Source: Haliotis rubra (lineage: Eukaryota). Taken from it: a stretch of 64,000 nt of DNA. The DNA is taken from positions 372,001-436,000 of the forward strand of contig NW_025766059.1 in NCBI RefSeq assembly GCF_003918875.1. Reading direction: 5' to 3'. Below are positions 38,238 to 51,210 of this stretch, one piece after another (the stretch's first letter is position 1; each line of letters begins with the position of its first letter). The translations under genes were made by a program, and so were the position numbers. The notes under the pieces were generated by a model that had not been told where the DNA came from, did not search any database, and saw only the letters and a program-made list of their open reading frames with translations.

Positions 38238-40484
38238 AACCACAACAATAACATAATAACAGAGATTTGCTTCTACAGTTAAAGTCCTTCCAAACATATC
38301 CTCACAAATTTGATTTATGATTATTTATTTGCCTATTGAGTAGCAACAGACAAATACGATCACCATTGTTTCTTCGATCTCATAATAGTCAACACGCAAT
38401 TATCCTACTTTGATATATAAATTACTTTGGGTTTTTAAATAATTTCTTTATTTTTGTTGCATTTGTACATAGTTGCACATGTATATAAATTGTCTATATC
38501 AACAAAGGGTGACAAGATGACCAGAATTTAGTAAATTGGTGATTAATAAGATGTCCGTACATTTTTTGCTGTGTATTTCGTGAAGTAATAAAAGCATGTG
38601 AGTTCTTTCTGAATCATTTAAAAAATGTATTGGTTTTTCATGTGTTCTATTTTTTAAAATAAATTGTTTGCATACAATTATTAAAAGATTTATTGGCCCA
38701 AAATTTGGTAGCAGAGAGCAAAGAAGTATATCTTTCTTGTTAAGTTTAATGGATAAATCGGCTTCCTGGTTGACCCATTTTTCAAATTGTGTCCAGATGG
38801 AACTCAAATGGTTGCAATACCAAAACAGATGATATAAATTAACTTAAAAATATTAAAAATGCGATGTTCATAACATTTACAGTCCTACATATACTGTGCA
38901 TCCAACCCACCCCGCCCCACCACATCCCCATCGTGGGGCATTGGTCTGCCCACGGTCGGGAGAGGGCTAGTCGCGTCACACGAGCTGCTAAAGAACTGGC
39001 CTGTCAATGTAAGGTATACCTGTAGGCTAGCGCTATAGAACCAAAATATGTCTGAACTGGAACGAAAAGACAAACACACATATGTAAGACGTAATCGTGA
39101 AGGCGTCATAATCCACCGCACGGCATACGAGCAATGACTTTACGGTATGAATTATATTCTCCTTCAGGTCCTGCAACGCACGAACAAAACAGATGACATA
39201 ATACATTACTAAAATACTTCTGACCGCGATATTAATTCAAACCTGTTCTGGTTTCTTTACTTACGGAGTACATGTGTACATTCCCTCAAACGTATTTTTC
39301 TTGATTATTTGAGGCAACTTTGTCAACTCTGTGACATTTAATTTTGTAATCAACACGATGGGATTCAAAATAAAATTAGATCCTCAATTTCCTTCCGTAA
39401 GAGGAAAAGTGAATCGGATGGCAATCAGTCAATGTCTTTTGGTAGATTGTGTGTCTTCGTTAACCGAGTGAACGTTCCTCATGACATCAATCACTGGATT
39501 GTCTTGTCTAGATTCTCAGTGAAACGTTAAACAAACAAAACATGGGTGGAGAATGAAAGCGTGACCTTGTCAACTTCCTGCTATGCGTCAGATCTCATGA
39601 AAGTGGCAATGACAATACCTCAGTCGGTCAAAAACACAATAGTTTGTACAACTGAAGTATAAGTAACTGGACATGTCGGTGTCAGCTTTCTAACTTCCTT
39701 CTGTCATTGTATGTGAATGAGCGTGGTTCTACGCCAGTCTTAACGATAATTAAGGTATATCACGATGGGTGACACAAAAAATAGGCTTCACACATTGCAC
39801 TCATGTGAGAAAAACGAACCCGGATCTTCCTCGTGACGAGCTGATACTTGAATATGATGTTTGAACAAGTTTCAAATAGTTTCAGGTTTTAGCATTAGGG
39901 ACCGTTCAAAATTTAATTTGATTTTAATGGGGGTCCACCCATTCTGTTCTGGGGTGGTAGGGGAACATAAATTTTGTACACACACATGTACTAGGGGTCA
40001 GCAATTTTGTACATATAAATGTTTAAAAATTATGCTTACAAATTATGGGACGATGGGGGGTCATGACAAGCAGGATGGGTCATTTACTTTGTACATAAAT
40101 TTAGGGGTGGGATGGGGTGATGTATTCACATTGCACATTGCTTCTCCATAAAAATCAGTATCACCCTCACTAGCCACGAATTATGAACGGTCCGTTAGGA
40201 CTAGAAATATGGTCTGGGTCACGGGCAGATATGTACTGTATGTACAAGAAATATTGTTTGGTGTCAGCTTGGGGCAGTGTTGCTTACATTCAGTGAACAG
40301 CCACCTGTCTTCGAGTTTCCAGTCCAGTTACATGATCACAAATGGGGACATGAAGGTACAAGGACCAGCACACGAATCAATGTATCTAGATTCCCTACAG
40401 CATTACAGTTGTGTCTATATACTATGTATACTCACAGGCTGTGATTAATGGTAGAATAATCCACAAAGTCTTCAGCGAAATCAT
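35613..40484 (-). CDS. G4: STMC6/Shisa-like paralog, 3' end unresolved
   Basis: Exons 40484-40436 (MISLKTLWIILPLITA), 37751-37643 (SCAYEVCYKRSYGSSVRQLYCSDSCCGTSYSRYCCT), 36683-36535 (RYSYTGIYTGSGFGTVGLIAIIVTCICCCRRR...VVST) and a probable 45-bp phase-1 exon 35657-35613 (YSQRINMASAGSYA). Terminal exon not identified; an N-gap lies at 36321-36500. Confidence 0.78.
36321..36500. other. Assembly gap (N)
   Basis: Run of N. Confidence 1.
37190..37296. mobile_element. Small foldback MITE (G4 intron 2)
   Basis: 31-bp perfect inverted arms tatactcatgccaataatggttgtcaccccc, TA at both ends. Confidence 0.75.
38410..38840 (-). mobile_element. L1/Tx1 LINE 3' fragment
   Basis: HLFWYC..SSIWTQFEKWV...INLLIIVCKQFI, similar to the ORF at 33434-34021. 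Confidence 0.65.
39898..40194. mobile_element. PIF/Harbinger-like MITE (G4 intron 1)
   Basis: TIRs gggaccgttcaaaatt / aattatgaacggtccg flanked by a TTA duplication (39895-39897, 40195-40197). Confidence 0.65.
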
Positions 40485-41305
40485 TCTGAGCAGTGGCAAA
40501 ATGTCGACAATTCACCCTTAGGTTGAGTAGATCCCGGATGTAGAGGTATAACCGACCCGCTAACCTGTGACCTATGACCGGGTGAGAACACAGTGGAGCA
40601 TAACGCCCCTATACAGACACAATGCGGACGATATTCATCCCAGTTCGTCGCTGATATTTCGAAATCCCTTCCGTCCTCAACGCATGAGAGGTTCTAAGTA
40701 AACAGCGGGCCTCGCGTGCGTCACTCCTTCATGGACATGACAGTGCACAATATTCGACAACCTATATAATCCTTGAGGCATGATCTTCTGGCCCGACATA
40801 CATACCGTCTATATAACGTTCTGTGTAAATAAACTAGTCACGCGTCTACCCACACTCAAAGTGTTGTTAACCAATGAATAATATCACAGAATATGGCTTA
40901 CAAGGACGTTCGGAAAGAGCGGTTAGTGAGGTGTCACGTCACTGCTGGCAGAGTTGCATCAGTTATGTGGAATGACACGGGTCTCAGCCGTGATGAGGAA
41001 AGTTGATTCACTATTCTCATTCAAGGGTAATAGCCTGTTCCTGATGCTAATATTAGTCAATTTGTATTGCACAAAGCGCAGCCAGGGTATAAAAATTCAG
41101 TCGAATGCTTGATCGGACATTTAGGACTTGAGTGAAGTTCTAAAGTTGGAAAGTCTGGAGAAGTACGTAGTTTAAGGGGCAGACAGGTCCACTGAATTCA
41201 GGACATTTTGATACGTACTAGTAATTAGGAGAAATAATTTGACGAGAATTCCCAAAACACAGAACCTGCATGGCTCAAACACAGCTTTAGGACGGTATGC
41301 AATGA

Positions 41306-41681
41306 TGAAGGGGTCGTTGTCGGTAGGGGTAGTACAGATGTGTACCCTGGCCATAATCGGAATACAGAAACGTACCCCAGGACGATTCCATTCCCACTGT
41401 GTCGTTTTCTTGATCGGAACCATCACACTGTTGTATTAGATACATTTAATTGCATAATGTAAGTAACGAGAGTACACAGTAACGGATATTTCGCGAAGCA
41501 TAACACCACCGGAATCAGTTGAACGGGAACATGTTCGGATTTGGGTTGCGGAATATGGACTTGTCCGCCTTTTAGGGTACCGGGTACGTTTCTGTATTTT
41601 TACTTTGTTTAGGGTACATTTCTATATACAGAAACGAACCTGCGGTATGTATGTAGTACCTTTGCCGACAACGACCTCTTC
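41306..41681. mobile_element. Foldback/MITE-like element
   Basis: Inverted arms gaaggggtcgttgtcggtaggggtagtaca / tgtagtacctttgccgacaacgacctcttc plus an inner inverted aatacagaaacgtaccc. Confidence 0.6.
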
Positions 41682-42492
41682 GGCGTCTGTAACAGACATT
41701 CAGAGAGTACAGTTAGTGGGTATCACGTTGATTCTGGCTCTATTGCATTAGCTATTGTGCGTTGACACGGATCTCAGCCATGATGGGGAAAGTGTGGCCA
41801 TGAGCCTGTTATTAACACGTATACCGAGGAAATAATGAGACGCCTATTTCTCAAGTATTGTGTGACTAGATTTTCTGGTCTTGATCTCTTGATTGCTATG
41901 TTAACAGGCCGCCACCGCATGGACATGAGCACTGTTGTGCCTCTACCTGCAACAACGCTAGTCTTTTTATGCACATTGTGAGTGTTAGTTGCTACCGGTT
42001 GGGCAAAACATGTTTACCCCTTTCGCAAACACCCGGTGTCATGAATGATCTTCAGTGATTCATTCATTTGATTTTGTCCCGTGAAGATCCAGGTTAGAAC
42101 TGATCTTCAGTAACCCATGCTTGTCGTAAGGCGACTAACTTGATAGGGTGGTCAGGCTCGCTGACTTGGTTGACACATGTCATCGTGTCCCAATTGCGTA
42201 GATTTGATGCTCATGCTGATGATCACTGGGTTGCCTTTAACCCTTAATGGAATCTATTTCGGCGAATAATGGCGACTAGGGATCCTATGGCGCAGACATT
42301 CTGTACTTAGCAGTATTCCCCAATATGACCATTTCCCGTAAATTAGTAATCGAGCCAAACCCGGAATCGTTTGGGAGCTATTTTTCTGTGAATACTTCTT
42401 CATTTATATCTACACAGTCCAGGGTTATTTTCAAACCATGCATTATTTAATGATATAATTAACTTAATGAATCTGTTTATGCAGTTATGGAG

Positions 42493-42727
42493 CCGTGAAG
42501 ATCCGGGTTAGAATTGATCTTCAGTAACCCATGCTTGTCGTATCCCTAACGGGATCGGGTGGTCACGCTCGCTGACTTGAGACATGTTATCGTATCCCAA
42601 TTGCGTAGATCGATGCTCATTATGTTGATCACTGGATTGTCTGGTCCAGGCTCGATTATTTACAGACCGTCACCATATAGCTGGAATGTTGCTGAGTGCG
42701 GCATAAAACTAAACTCACTCACTCACT
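42493..42727 (+). mobile_element. Long SINE family (ccgtgaagatcc...(actc)n tail)
   Basis: Multi-copy in window: 227-431(+), 2155-2373(-), 9860-9995(-), 39420-39535(+), 42078-42235(+), 50345-50590(-), 53310-53516(-), 60129-60240(+). Confidence 0.85.
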
Positions 42728-42765
42728 TACTTATATAGTTATAAATAAGAGAAGCAAGTGCATCC

Positions 42766-42944
42766 TTCGGAGGTTGTGACGTAGTACGCATGTTGTGTGC
42801 ATATAGACGGAGACGACGTGCGACAATTGGACCTGCACAGACTCGATCAGACGTGCTTATTTATAACCTATCAGGAATGTTCCACGAAACCTGCGACATT
42901 GGGGATACTTCGTGGTAAGTAGCTGTGCCACGAGATAGTGCACA
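42766..42944 (+). repeat. 5' LTR of Gypsy element
   Basis: Closely matches 49388-49568; ends in CA shortly before the PBS. Confidence 0.8.
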
Positions 42945-44829
42945 CCTTTATATTGGCGCTGCGACAGTGAAACTGAACATGGGTACAATGTGTGAAGCCC
43001 ATTTCTGGTGTCCCCCGCCTTGATGTTGCTGGAATATTGCTAAAAGCGCCGTAAAACCAAACTCAGTCAGACAGTAAGTCCTTGTTGACAGATTGTCAAT
43101 TTTACCGTAACTCGGCGCTGCCGTTGGCCGATTTTGCTGGTACAACTAGTATTGTAATTCAGTGAGCCTACGCTCATTCTCCGGTATTGCGTATGAAAAC
43201 AGGCAACCCGACTTCGACAGCCACGGACCTTTGCCGGCTTTGGAAATGTCATGTTGAATTTAATTAGTGTCTGACTATTTATTGACTACTCTTGTACTCT
43301 TTGTGCTATATTTTTAATGCGAAGGTGCTTTGCACTTTCTTTGACAATTCTTGCTTGTTGGTAATTTGTAAATTTGGTCTCTGACCAAGTTGGCAAAACA
43401 AAAGTGCTCTGTAATTTTGTCATTTGAAAGTTTGTAATTTGTAATTTGGCCTCTGACTAGTTTTGAAACAATAGTGCTCTGCATTATTATTTCAGACATC
43501 TGTATCAGATAGATTATTAGTTTTAAATTGTTATCTGAATTCAAATACACTCATGTAGTCTTTCACTATATTGTCCTGAATAGTGCTCTGCATTATTCCT
43601 TCTGTCTCCTTTGACATACTAATACCAATTCCTACATATCAAGGTACCTATTGAGGTGCTCGGCACTTGGTATTTTGTACATATAGTCTCTGACTATATT
43701 TTGTTGTTGAAGTGCTACGCACTGTGACAACTAGGGAAAAGTTTCCAGTTTATTACTCTTTGGGGAGTACTTTGCACTTGAATAATTTCCATGTAACATC
43801 CTTTGGTGTTCCGCACTGTAGGATAGTGACATAGTCTCTGACTATATTTTTAAGGAGTGCTTTGCACTTCTTGGTTTCAATTGTCATTTTGTAGCGCTCA
43901 GCTGCTCTGCATTTGATCAACCCTAACACGGTCTTTCACTATATTTAATTGGTGCTTTACGCCAACTTTATCTGATTATTGTGCCTATTTGCCTCTGAAC
44001 GTTTTCCCTCCAAACTGCGAATACAATTACGGAGATGCTGGTTTTGTCAACTATGCCACTTATGAGGAACTTGTGGGGGTCGAAGAAATAGACGCCCGCT
44101 TTGCAGGTGAATTCATCCAACTTTGAATGAAGCGTGGAGATTTGAGCTACATTGACTTTAAATACAATCTTCACGGAATTCCGGAGGTAGCCCTCAACAA
44201 CTTAGATAACTCACCTTATGCCATAACTAATACAATGGTAAAACAGGAAACGCGTACGTTTGGACAGTCTCCACGTCATGTGGCCAACTGTTTTCATCTG
44301 AAGATAAAGGCAACACAATGGCAGACTTCATAGACTGCACTTTAGGTTCAGAGGGGCGTACAACTTCCACAATGGATCTAGGGACCAGTGACTGGCCTAG
44401 GGACTATTACATTGATGACAGCATCGATTATGTAGTCAAGTGGAGCGAAGTCGACATGCAATATACAGTGGCCCGCATCCCTGCTGGAGACGAGGTAGCT
44501 GACGTTTCTCTACCGTCCGTCCTCAACCAACAATGGTGGGACAGAGGCCCCAAGGAACAAACCAGTGCTTATCTTATATGCGACAGGTGCAAGGGGAAGA
44601 AACTTCAATCTCTTTGTGGGCTACACACCATTCAATGTGGAAGAGATGAGAAACTTCCTCTGCTCATCCCGTAAATCTAAGGAAACAGGGAGACAAGCAG
44701 CAATACAGGAAGTAAAGTATTTTTTACACCCAGTTCAACAGCCCATACCCATGGCCGAATAGAATCAACCATTACGGGAGGTGGTCATTAATAAAACAAG
44801 GAAAGATGCCAGCTATTGATTGCCGGTTA

Positions 44830-47800
44830 GGATAGAGTATGTGGAAGTGGCTGCAGTAGTGATTCCGGTGCGACTGCGACCATCATATCGGAAAAAAGTC
44901 TACAACACCTTACAGCCGATTCCACCATCATTGAGAAGACATTAGGAACGCTGGCAAAGACCTTAACCACGATAGGGAAGCTGGTAGGCCCAGGAGGCAT
45001 CAAAGTGGGACGGAAACAGTTTCAGGACAAGGTGTATGTGGCACCTATCAACGACAAGATATTGTTGGGCCTTGATTTCATGCGGTTACACAAGATATGT
45101 ATTGAAATGGATGGGGATTGGCTACGTCTTGATGATGAGATGTTTCCCCTAACATACTCGCCTAAGGAACCGGCAGTGTGTAGTACGCAGGTGGCTATAA
45201 AGTTCGCAACATGGTTGCCACCAAGAACGGTTGTGTTGTCTCAATCCACGATCACCAACCCTCAAATGGAAAACTTCTTGATAGAGCCTGCTCCCAACTT
45301 GAACATCATGATCCAAAGAACCTTAGATTCACAATCAGCAACAAAAGTCTGCTTAATAAATAGAAGTGATAATAGCCAAGGGATTTATCATTGGCAAGGC
45401 CACTCCTGCAACTATAAAGGAGGATGGACCCCAAAAAGGACATATTGAAGTTGCAAAGTTTGTCAGAAGGACAAATGGTGAGGTTAGGCACATTCCTGAT
45501 CACCTTCATGATTTGCTGACCAGGTCATCAGAGAACCCTCACGGAGGACCAAGCCATTCTGCAGGAGGAACTCTTGATTGAGTACAAGATGTGTTTGCAA
45601 TTTACGGCACTCGAGCACTATATTGACACAGGGGACGTTGACAACCTTGAAGCAGATTACCCCATCGACATCCGAATGGGCCGCTCAGGTCGCTCAACTG
45701 CTGTACAAGCTGACAGGCAAGAGGAAAACATTCACATGGGGCGAGGAAGAGGAGTCTGCATTCAAGGAAATGAAGGTCCCCCTTAACAACAACACTGGTT
45801 CTGGCTATTGCCAACATGGAAGATGCTTTTGTCCTTGACACGGATGCAAGCAACACAGCCATCGGAGCCGAACTCATCCAGATTCAGAATGGATCAGAAA
45901 AGGTCATACCGTATGGAAGCCTGGCACTGACTTCGGAGCAGTTGAAGTACTGCACTACCCAACATGAACTCCTAGCAATAGTGAGGTTAACAAGAATGTA
46001 TCGACATTACCTGGTCGCACTTCAGAGAGACAGTGGATGACATAGTTCCACTAGCGAAAGCTAGGTCATTGCACTCCGCTGAAGGGGATGAAGTGTCCTA
46101 TGATTTTCTTGGAGAGGGGTGGGACCTATCTTGGCTCACTGATGAAGCGGACATCAGTCCAGTGGACACAGGTGGTTCGGCAGATTCTCGACCGCCTGCA
46201 GTAAACATCAGGGGAAGCAAAGACATACCAGCTGGCCACAGGTGATACAGCTGCCACTATGCCAACCCTTGCGGACATCAGGAATGCCCAGAGAGCCGAT
46301 CCCGACCTAGACATAATCTTGGGATATGTTTTAAATGACATCAACCCTCGTGAAGGGAACTGTTTTTATGTATTCCTGCAAGCAAGGCCTTCTATGTCAA
46401 CAAGGAGTTGCACTTTCTTAAAGATGGGGTCCTATACATGAATACAGATGAAGGTGATTTACCAGTAGTGCCCAGGAAGTTGAGGGATGACTTAATCTAC
46501 CTCCACCAGGGTATCCCCTCATCTGGTCATCAAGGAAAGAACAGAACAAAGCAGAGGATGAAGCCCAAATACTTCTGGTATGGCATGTCCAGGGACATAA
46601 CTCAGGATATCGCCTCATGTCCACAATGCAATACTTGCAAGAAGCCCAACCGGATTGCAAGATGCGAAATGGCACAATGCAATGCAGGGTACCCCATTAA
46701 GAGGGTTGATTTTCTGGCTCCTCTTCCTAGAACCCCCAGGGTCAATGAGCACATCCTTGTGCTTGTTGATCAGTTTACAAACTGGGTTGAGGTGATGCTG
46801 CCCCATCGCAGTCAGCAGAGGGCACAGTCAGTGCCCTGATAGGCTGCATCTCAAGGTTGGGATTTTCCCTTTACCTCCACACAGACCAAGGTAAACATTT
46901 TGAGAGCAAGGTCTTCCAAGAAATGTGCCAGACACTCCAGATCCACAAGACGCGCACCACAACATACCATCCATCCTCGAATGGCCAGGTTGAGACAATC
47001 AACAGAATCCTTGTGGATGCGGTGCGGTGCAATATTAGCGGACAACAAGATGAGTGGGACAAGATGCAGGAGCCCTCAGAAGCTCAGTCAACATAAAGAG
47101 TGCCTTCACCCCAAATCGGCCCATGTTGGGCCGTGAAGTATGTCACCAAGCTGACATAGTCTTCCCATTTCCACAAGCGGAGACAGACTCCACTGTCGGA
47201 GACTATGTCAGACGGATGTCGGAAAGGATGAGCTCTGTTCATGCAGCTGCAAGGCAACCTTACAGGCCAGGGTCAAGACCCAGAAGCGAGGCCATGACTT
47301 ACGATTGATGAGCAACTCCTACAAAGTGGGAGACCTTGTGCTTATCCTCATCATCGCTGAAAAGCTTTGCCCTTCTTGTTTGGTTACAATCAAGAAATGC
47401 AATGGTGGTAGTAGAACACGATAAGTTACAACTATACAAGGGTCGGGACATCCCTGAGTGGCTACGCAAGTAGCTTGCACAAGGACATAGTAAAATGCCT
47501 GTAGTATGAGAGGAGATCAAGAGCTCAACGGGAGACATCTCTGAGGAAGCCCTCGAGTGGAAACCTGGCGTGGGCGATGACTCTACCACGGAAACCAGCC
47601 CTGCAGCTATGGCTTCGACAGTTGATGCGAGCTTAGACGATGAGACGTTGTACTGTGTCTGCAGACAACCCTTTGAAGGACGTTTATAATTGGGTGTGAC
47701 TGGTGCCTTGAATGGTACCATGGTGATTGCGTGGGTATCTCACCGGCCCAAGCATCAGAAATAGACAAGTACAAATGTGATCAGTGCAGGTCTCAGACCT

Positions 47801-47832
47801 CATTTGCTGATGCAGACGTGTCACAGGCATAG
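44830..47832 (+). pseudogene. pol: Gypsy pol pseudogene (PR, RT core deleted, RNase H, integrase, PHD finger)
   Basis: Motif fragments in shifting frames with many stops; no YxDD region between EHYIDTGD (about 45610) and LYKLTGKRKTFTW (about 45700). Confidence 0.85.
47648..47787 (+). other. PHD finger (C4HC3) coding segment at the end of pol
   Basis: LYCVCRQPFEGR[F]IIGCDWCLEWYHGDCVGISPAQASEIDKYKCDQC, with one 1-nt frameshift near 47683-47686. Confidence 0.88.
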
Positions 47833-48234
47833 ATGTTACAGAAGACTGTATATATACATAGGTGTATATAGGTGTTAGTTACCATGTTGATAGTTATGCC
47901 ATTGTTCCACATTTTGTATTGTTAAGCCACCATCTCAAGTTAAATATCTTTGGGCAGGAAAGATGTCGAGTGATGAAGAGAGGTATTGCCGCACGAAGAA
48001 CGAGACCTGTAGCACCCCACCATAGAAACGCCATGACTAAAAAGCGCAGTGGTGAGGAGACCAGACCAAACAGCTTTCAACAGCAGGGATAAACATAGGA
48101 ATAGCCGAAGGGGCCAAGGGGATAAGTGTTGCAGTCACCAGCACCTGGCTTCAGAAGAAAAGGCAAGGAAAAGGGACATTGCTTTCCGAAGCCACTATCA
48201 CAGGCCACTACAAGACAAGCGTATTGTTCCGCAA

Positions 48235-48430
48235 ACCAAGCTCCGCCTGTCAAGTCATATCACCGGACTCCGCCTGTCAAGTCAGGATACCGGGCTCCGC
48301 CTGTCAAGTAGGGATCACCAGGGCTCTGCCTGTCAAGTCAGGATACCAGGCTCTGCCTGTCAAGCCAGATCACCAGGCTCGGACTGTCAAGTTGGATCAC
48401 CAGGCTCTGTCCAAGTTGGATCAACCGGTC
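48235..48430 (+). repeat. About 24-27-bp tandem repeat inside the Gypsy 3' region
   Basis: caggctccgcctgtcaagtcaggatac-like units, about 7-8 copies. Confidence 0.85.
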
Positions 48431-49387
48431 ATCAAGCTCAGCTACACTAGCTGTAAGCCCATACCAGTGTTTGATTGCCGTTTTTTCCCCTCCCTGCTGG
48501 CGAAGAGGCTGCAGAGTGAAACCATGGACTTGAAGGCCCTACTGAATTTGGAACCTCACAACCCCAGTCCGCAGCTCAAAGGTGGAGTCGCAGTGACCTG
48601 GTCTCCAGAAGCTTGGCCGGTAATATCTAGCAGACTGTCCAGCGAGGATGCAGTGCTACAGGGCATTGGCTTAAACCCACGCCTGGTCAAGAGGCATGAA
48701 GATAAGATTAACACCTTCCTTCAGTTGCTGCATTGCACATCTGCCCTTGCAGATCAAGCTGCTTAGAGAGACATTCTCAAGCATACGTCCAGAGGAAAGC
48801 CTGTTCTGTTGGACATCTGGTCTTTTATGGACTGCCCTTTGTCAGTGCTGCTGAAGAAGCTGCTGGACCTGATTGGGCCTCACAGGTTGTGGCATGAGAC
48901 ATTCGTTATCGATCTCAACCTGGGCACAGCAGACGCCACATTCCTTCTGGTTAGGCTCCCTCGATCCATTTCAACGTTGGCGGATGTGTCCAACACATGA
49001 CTGGGGACTAGAGAAGGGCACTTCCCCGGAAAAGATAGTGCTGGGGTCGGCAGCACCCAGGAATGCGCCAAAAGGGGCTGCATACTCTGTTCCCAGGGAC
49101 CTATTTATGTTCACTGAAATGGCCGCGCAGACCCGACAGGTAGATTTTCGGTCATTCTCCAAGGATTGTAATACCAACGCCTCAAGAGTGTTCCGCCTCG
49201 GAGGAGAGGGAGGGAGGAGTAGAGTGGAGACTCACATATGAATCACAAATTGTTGAGTTAGTGTTACTGTTATTCGTTGGAACACTGTTACCGGTTAAAC
49301 GTGTAAATATGTTACATTGACACCGTTTCAAGTGAAATGATTATTCTGTTTGCTTCCTCACATTATCCCTTTTATGACGGGGAGGAG

Positions 49388-49568
49388 TGCGGAGGTTGTG
49401 ACGTAGTACACATGAACGACGGACGTCACATTGTGTGCATATAGACGGAGACTACTTGCGACAATTGACCTGCACAGACTCGATCAGACGTGCTTATTTA
49501 TAACCTATCAGGAATGTTCAACGGAACCTGCGACATCGGGGATACTTCGTGGTAAGTAGCTGTGCCAC
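49388..49568 (+). repeat. 3' LTR of Gypsy element (3'-truncated)
   Basis: Starts with TG immediately after the polypurine tract; matches the 5' LTR up to gctgtgccac. Confidence 0.8.
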
Positions 49569-50344
49569 CTCTATAATCCTGTATAAGCGAGTGTAGTCAG
49601 GGGCATACCGTTATAGAAAAAAGCCCGGGCTTACAAATGATTGTTGCTAAAAAGGTTGGGCAAGCCCTCAATACTATCCACATTTACAGCTTTGCAACCT
49701 ATCGGGCTTACACGAAAAAAATTGGCTTGCTACGCGCTTGGTAGTGCTTGACTATGATGATGGATCACGGATGTGACTCAAGCTGCCCCCATTATAACTC
49801 TCTATTATAATGTCGAACAGTTTCTCCCAACATCCTTCGTTGTCCGGTTTTGAGTAATATAATAACTGGATGACGTTGTTGTAAAGAAATGAGTTCTGTC
49901 ACAGTGACAGGGCGGGGTAGTATGCTGACGCTAAACACAACAACAAGCCGTGACTATATACAAGTCGACGGGAGAGATTTCTATAGGGTTGTCACAAAAC
50001 GTAGTGATTATGGTTTATCTGAATAAGGTCACACATTCAAATGTGGTGATACAAGTGTGACACATAGATGCTGTGGTATATTAATAACAGGTTTGTTTGG
50101 GATGACGCTGACTGTAACACGGGGTCATGCTGTGAACTGTGACGTCATTCACCATGTGATCACTTACTTGGATGAGCAGAATTATCTAATAGAAAGTAGA
50201 ATTTGCACAGACGTGCTTCAGGAAATGATTCTGTATTTATTCGCACGAGAGAAGAGGGGGGTCACAGCCCGTCCGTTTCTACAGCACAATCTCGTGTTAG
50301 TTACATACACGATGTTAACTTTACATTACTAAAATTGGAATTTT

Positions 50345-50590
50345 TGAGTGAGTAAGTGAGTTTAGTTCTACGCCGCACTCAGCAATAGTCCATATGGCGG
50401 CGGACTGTAGATAATCGAGTCTGGACCAGACAATCCAGTGATCAACAGCATGAACATCGATCTACGCAAATGGGAACCGATGACATGTGTCAACCAAGTT
50501 AGCAAGCCTGACCACCCGATCCCATTAGTCGCCTCTTACGACAAGGAGCTGACGGTTACTGAAGATCAATTCTAACCCGGATCTTCCCGC
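50345..50590 (-). mobile_element. Long SINE family copy
   Basis: Reverse complement similar to 42493-42727. Confidence 0.82.
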
Positions 50591-51210
50591 ATGACATTTT
50601 GAAGTTAAATGTTCAGTGGGCATTGTTGTGATTTCAAAGTGATTCACGTCTCAGTTCACATTGAGGATGAACTTGTTAAAGGAATATGAGATCTAGCTAT
50701 TGACAGCTCGGCACCAAAACCATTGACGCCCTTGGATCATGTCATCTTACCGGTATTTTCATAACTACTGTTATTATCATCGCTCTCCTCTTCATGTAAA
50801 GTGCTGTTACCACCAAACTCATCATCATTGTAATTTTTAATATCGCCATCCATGTATTTTATGGATAAAATAGCTAAACCTGGGATTTAAGTTTGCATTT
50901 GGTATTCCTGAAATATACACATTTTTTATCAGTTGGATATCTAATGTTTCTTGCAGCATTTAAACCCAAAGATTTTTATGCAAGAAAACTTATTTTTGTA
51001 TAATTATATAAATTATCATCTAAGTACTATTTCCAATAGTACGGATCGATGGTTATTCTGATAATGTGAAGCACTTGACACTCATGTCACAGCACGTCTT
51101 CTGGTTAGTGACGGTTACAGAAAAGGACAGCTGATGACGATCCAGACCGGAGGTTCGGGATGAACCTTGTAGTTTTTATAGAAATGTGTGTGTGTGTGTG
51201 TGTGTGTGTG

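Larger units (their letters stand above)
42766..49568 (+). mobile_element. Decayed Gypsy/Ty3 LTR retrotransposon with a PHD finger on the integrase C-terminus
   Basis: Direct-repeat LTRs at about 42766-42944 and 49388-49568 (3' copy truncated); PBS TGGCGCTGCGA 42954-42964; PPT GACGGGGAGGAG 49376-49387; gag remnant about 43950-44760; protease (frameshifted DSGAT, ILLGLDF) 44830-45150; RNase H FVLDTDASNTAIGA 45816-46010; integrase HHCC and HTDQG/HPSSNGQVE 46408-47450. Domain order PR-RT-RH-IN. Confidence 0.9.
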
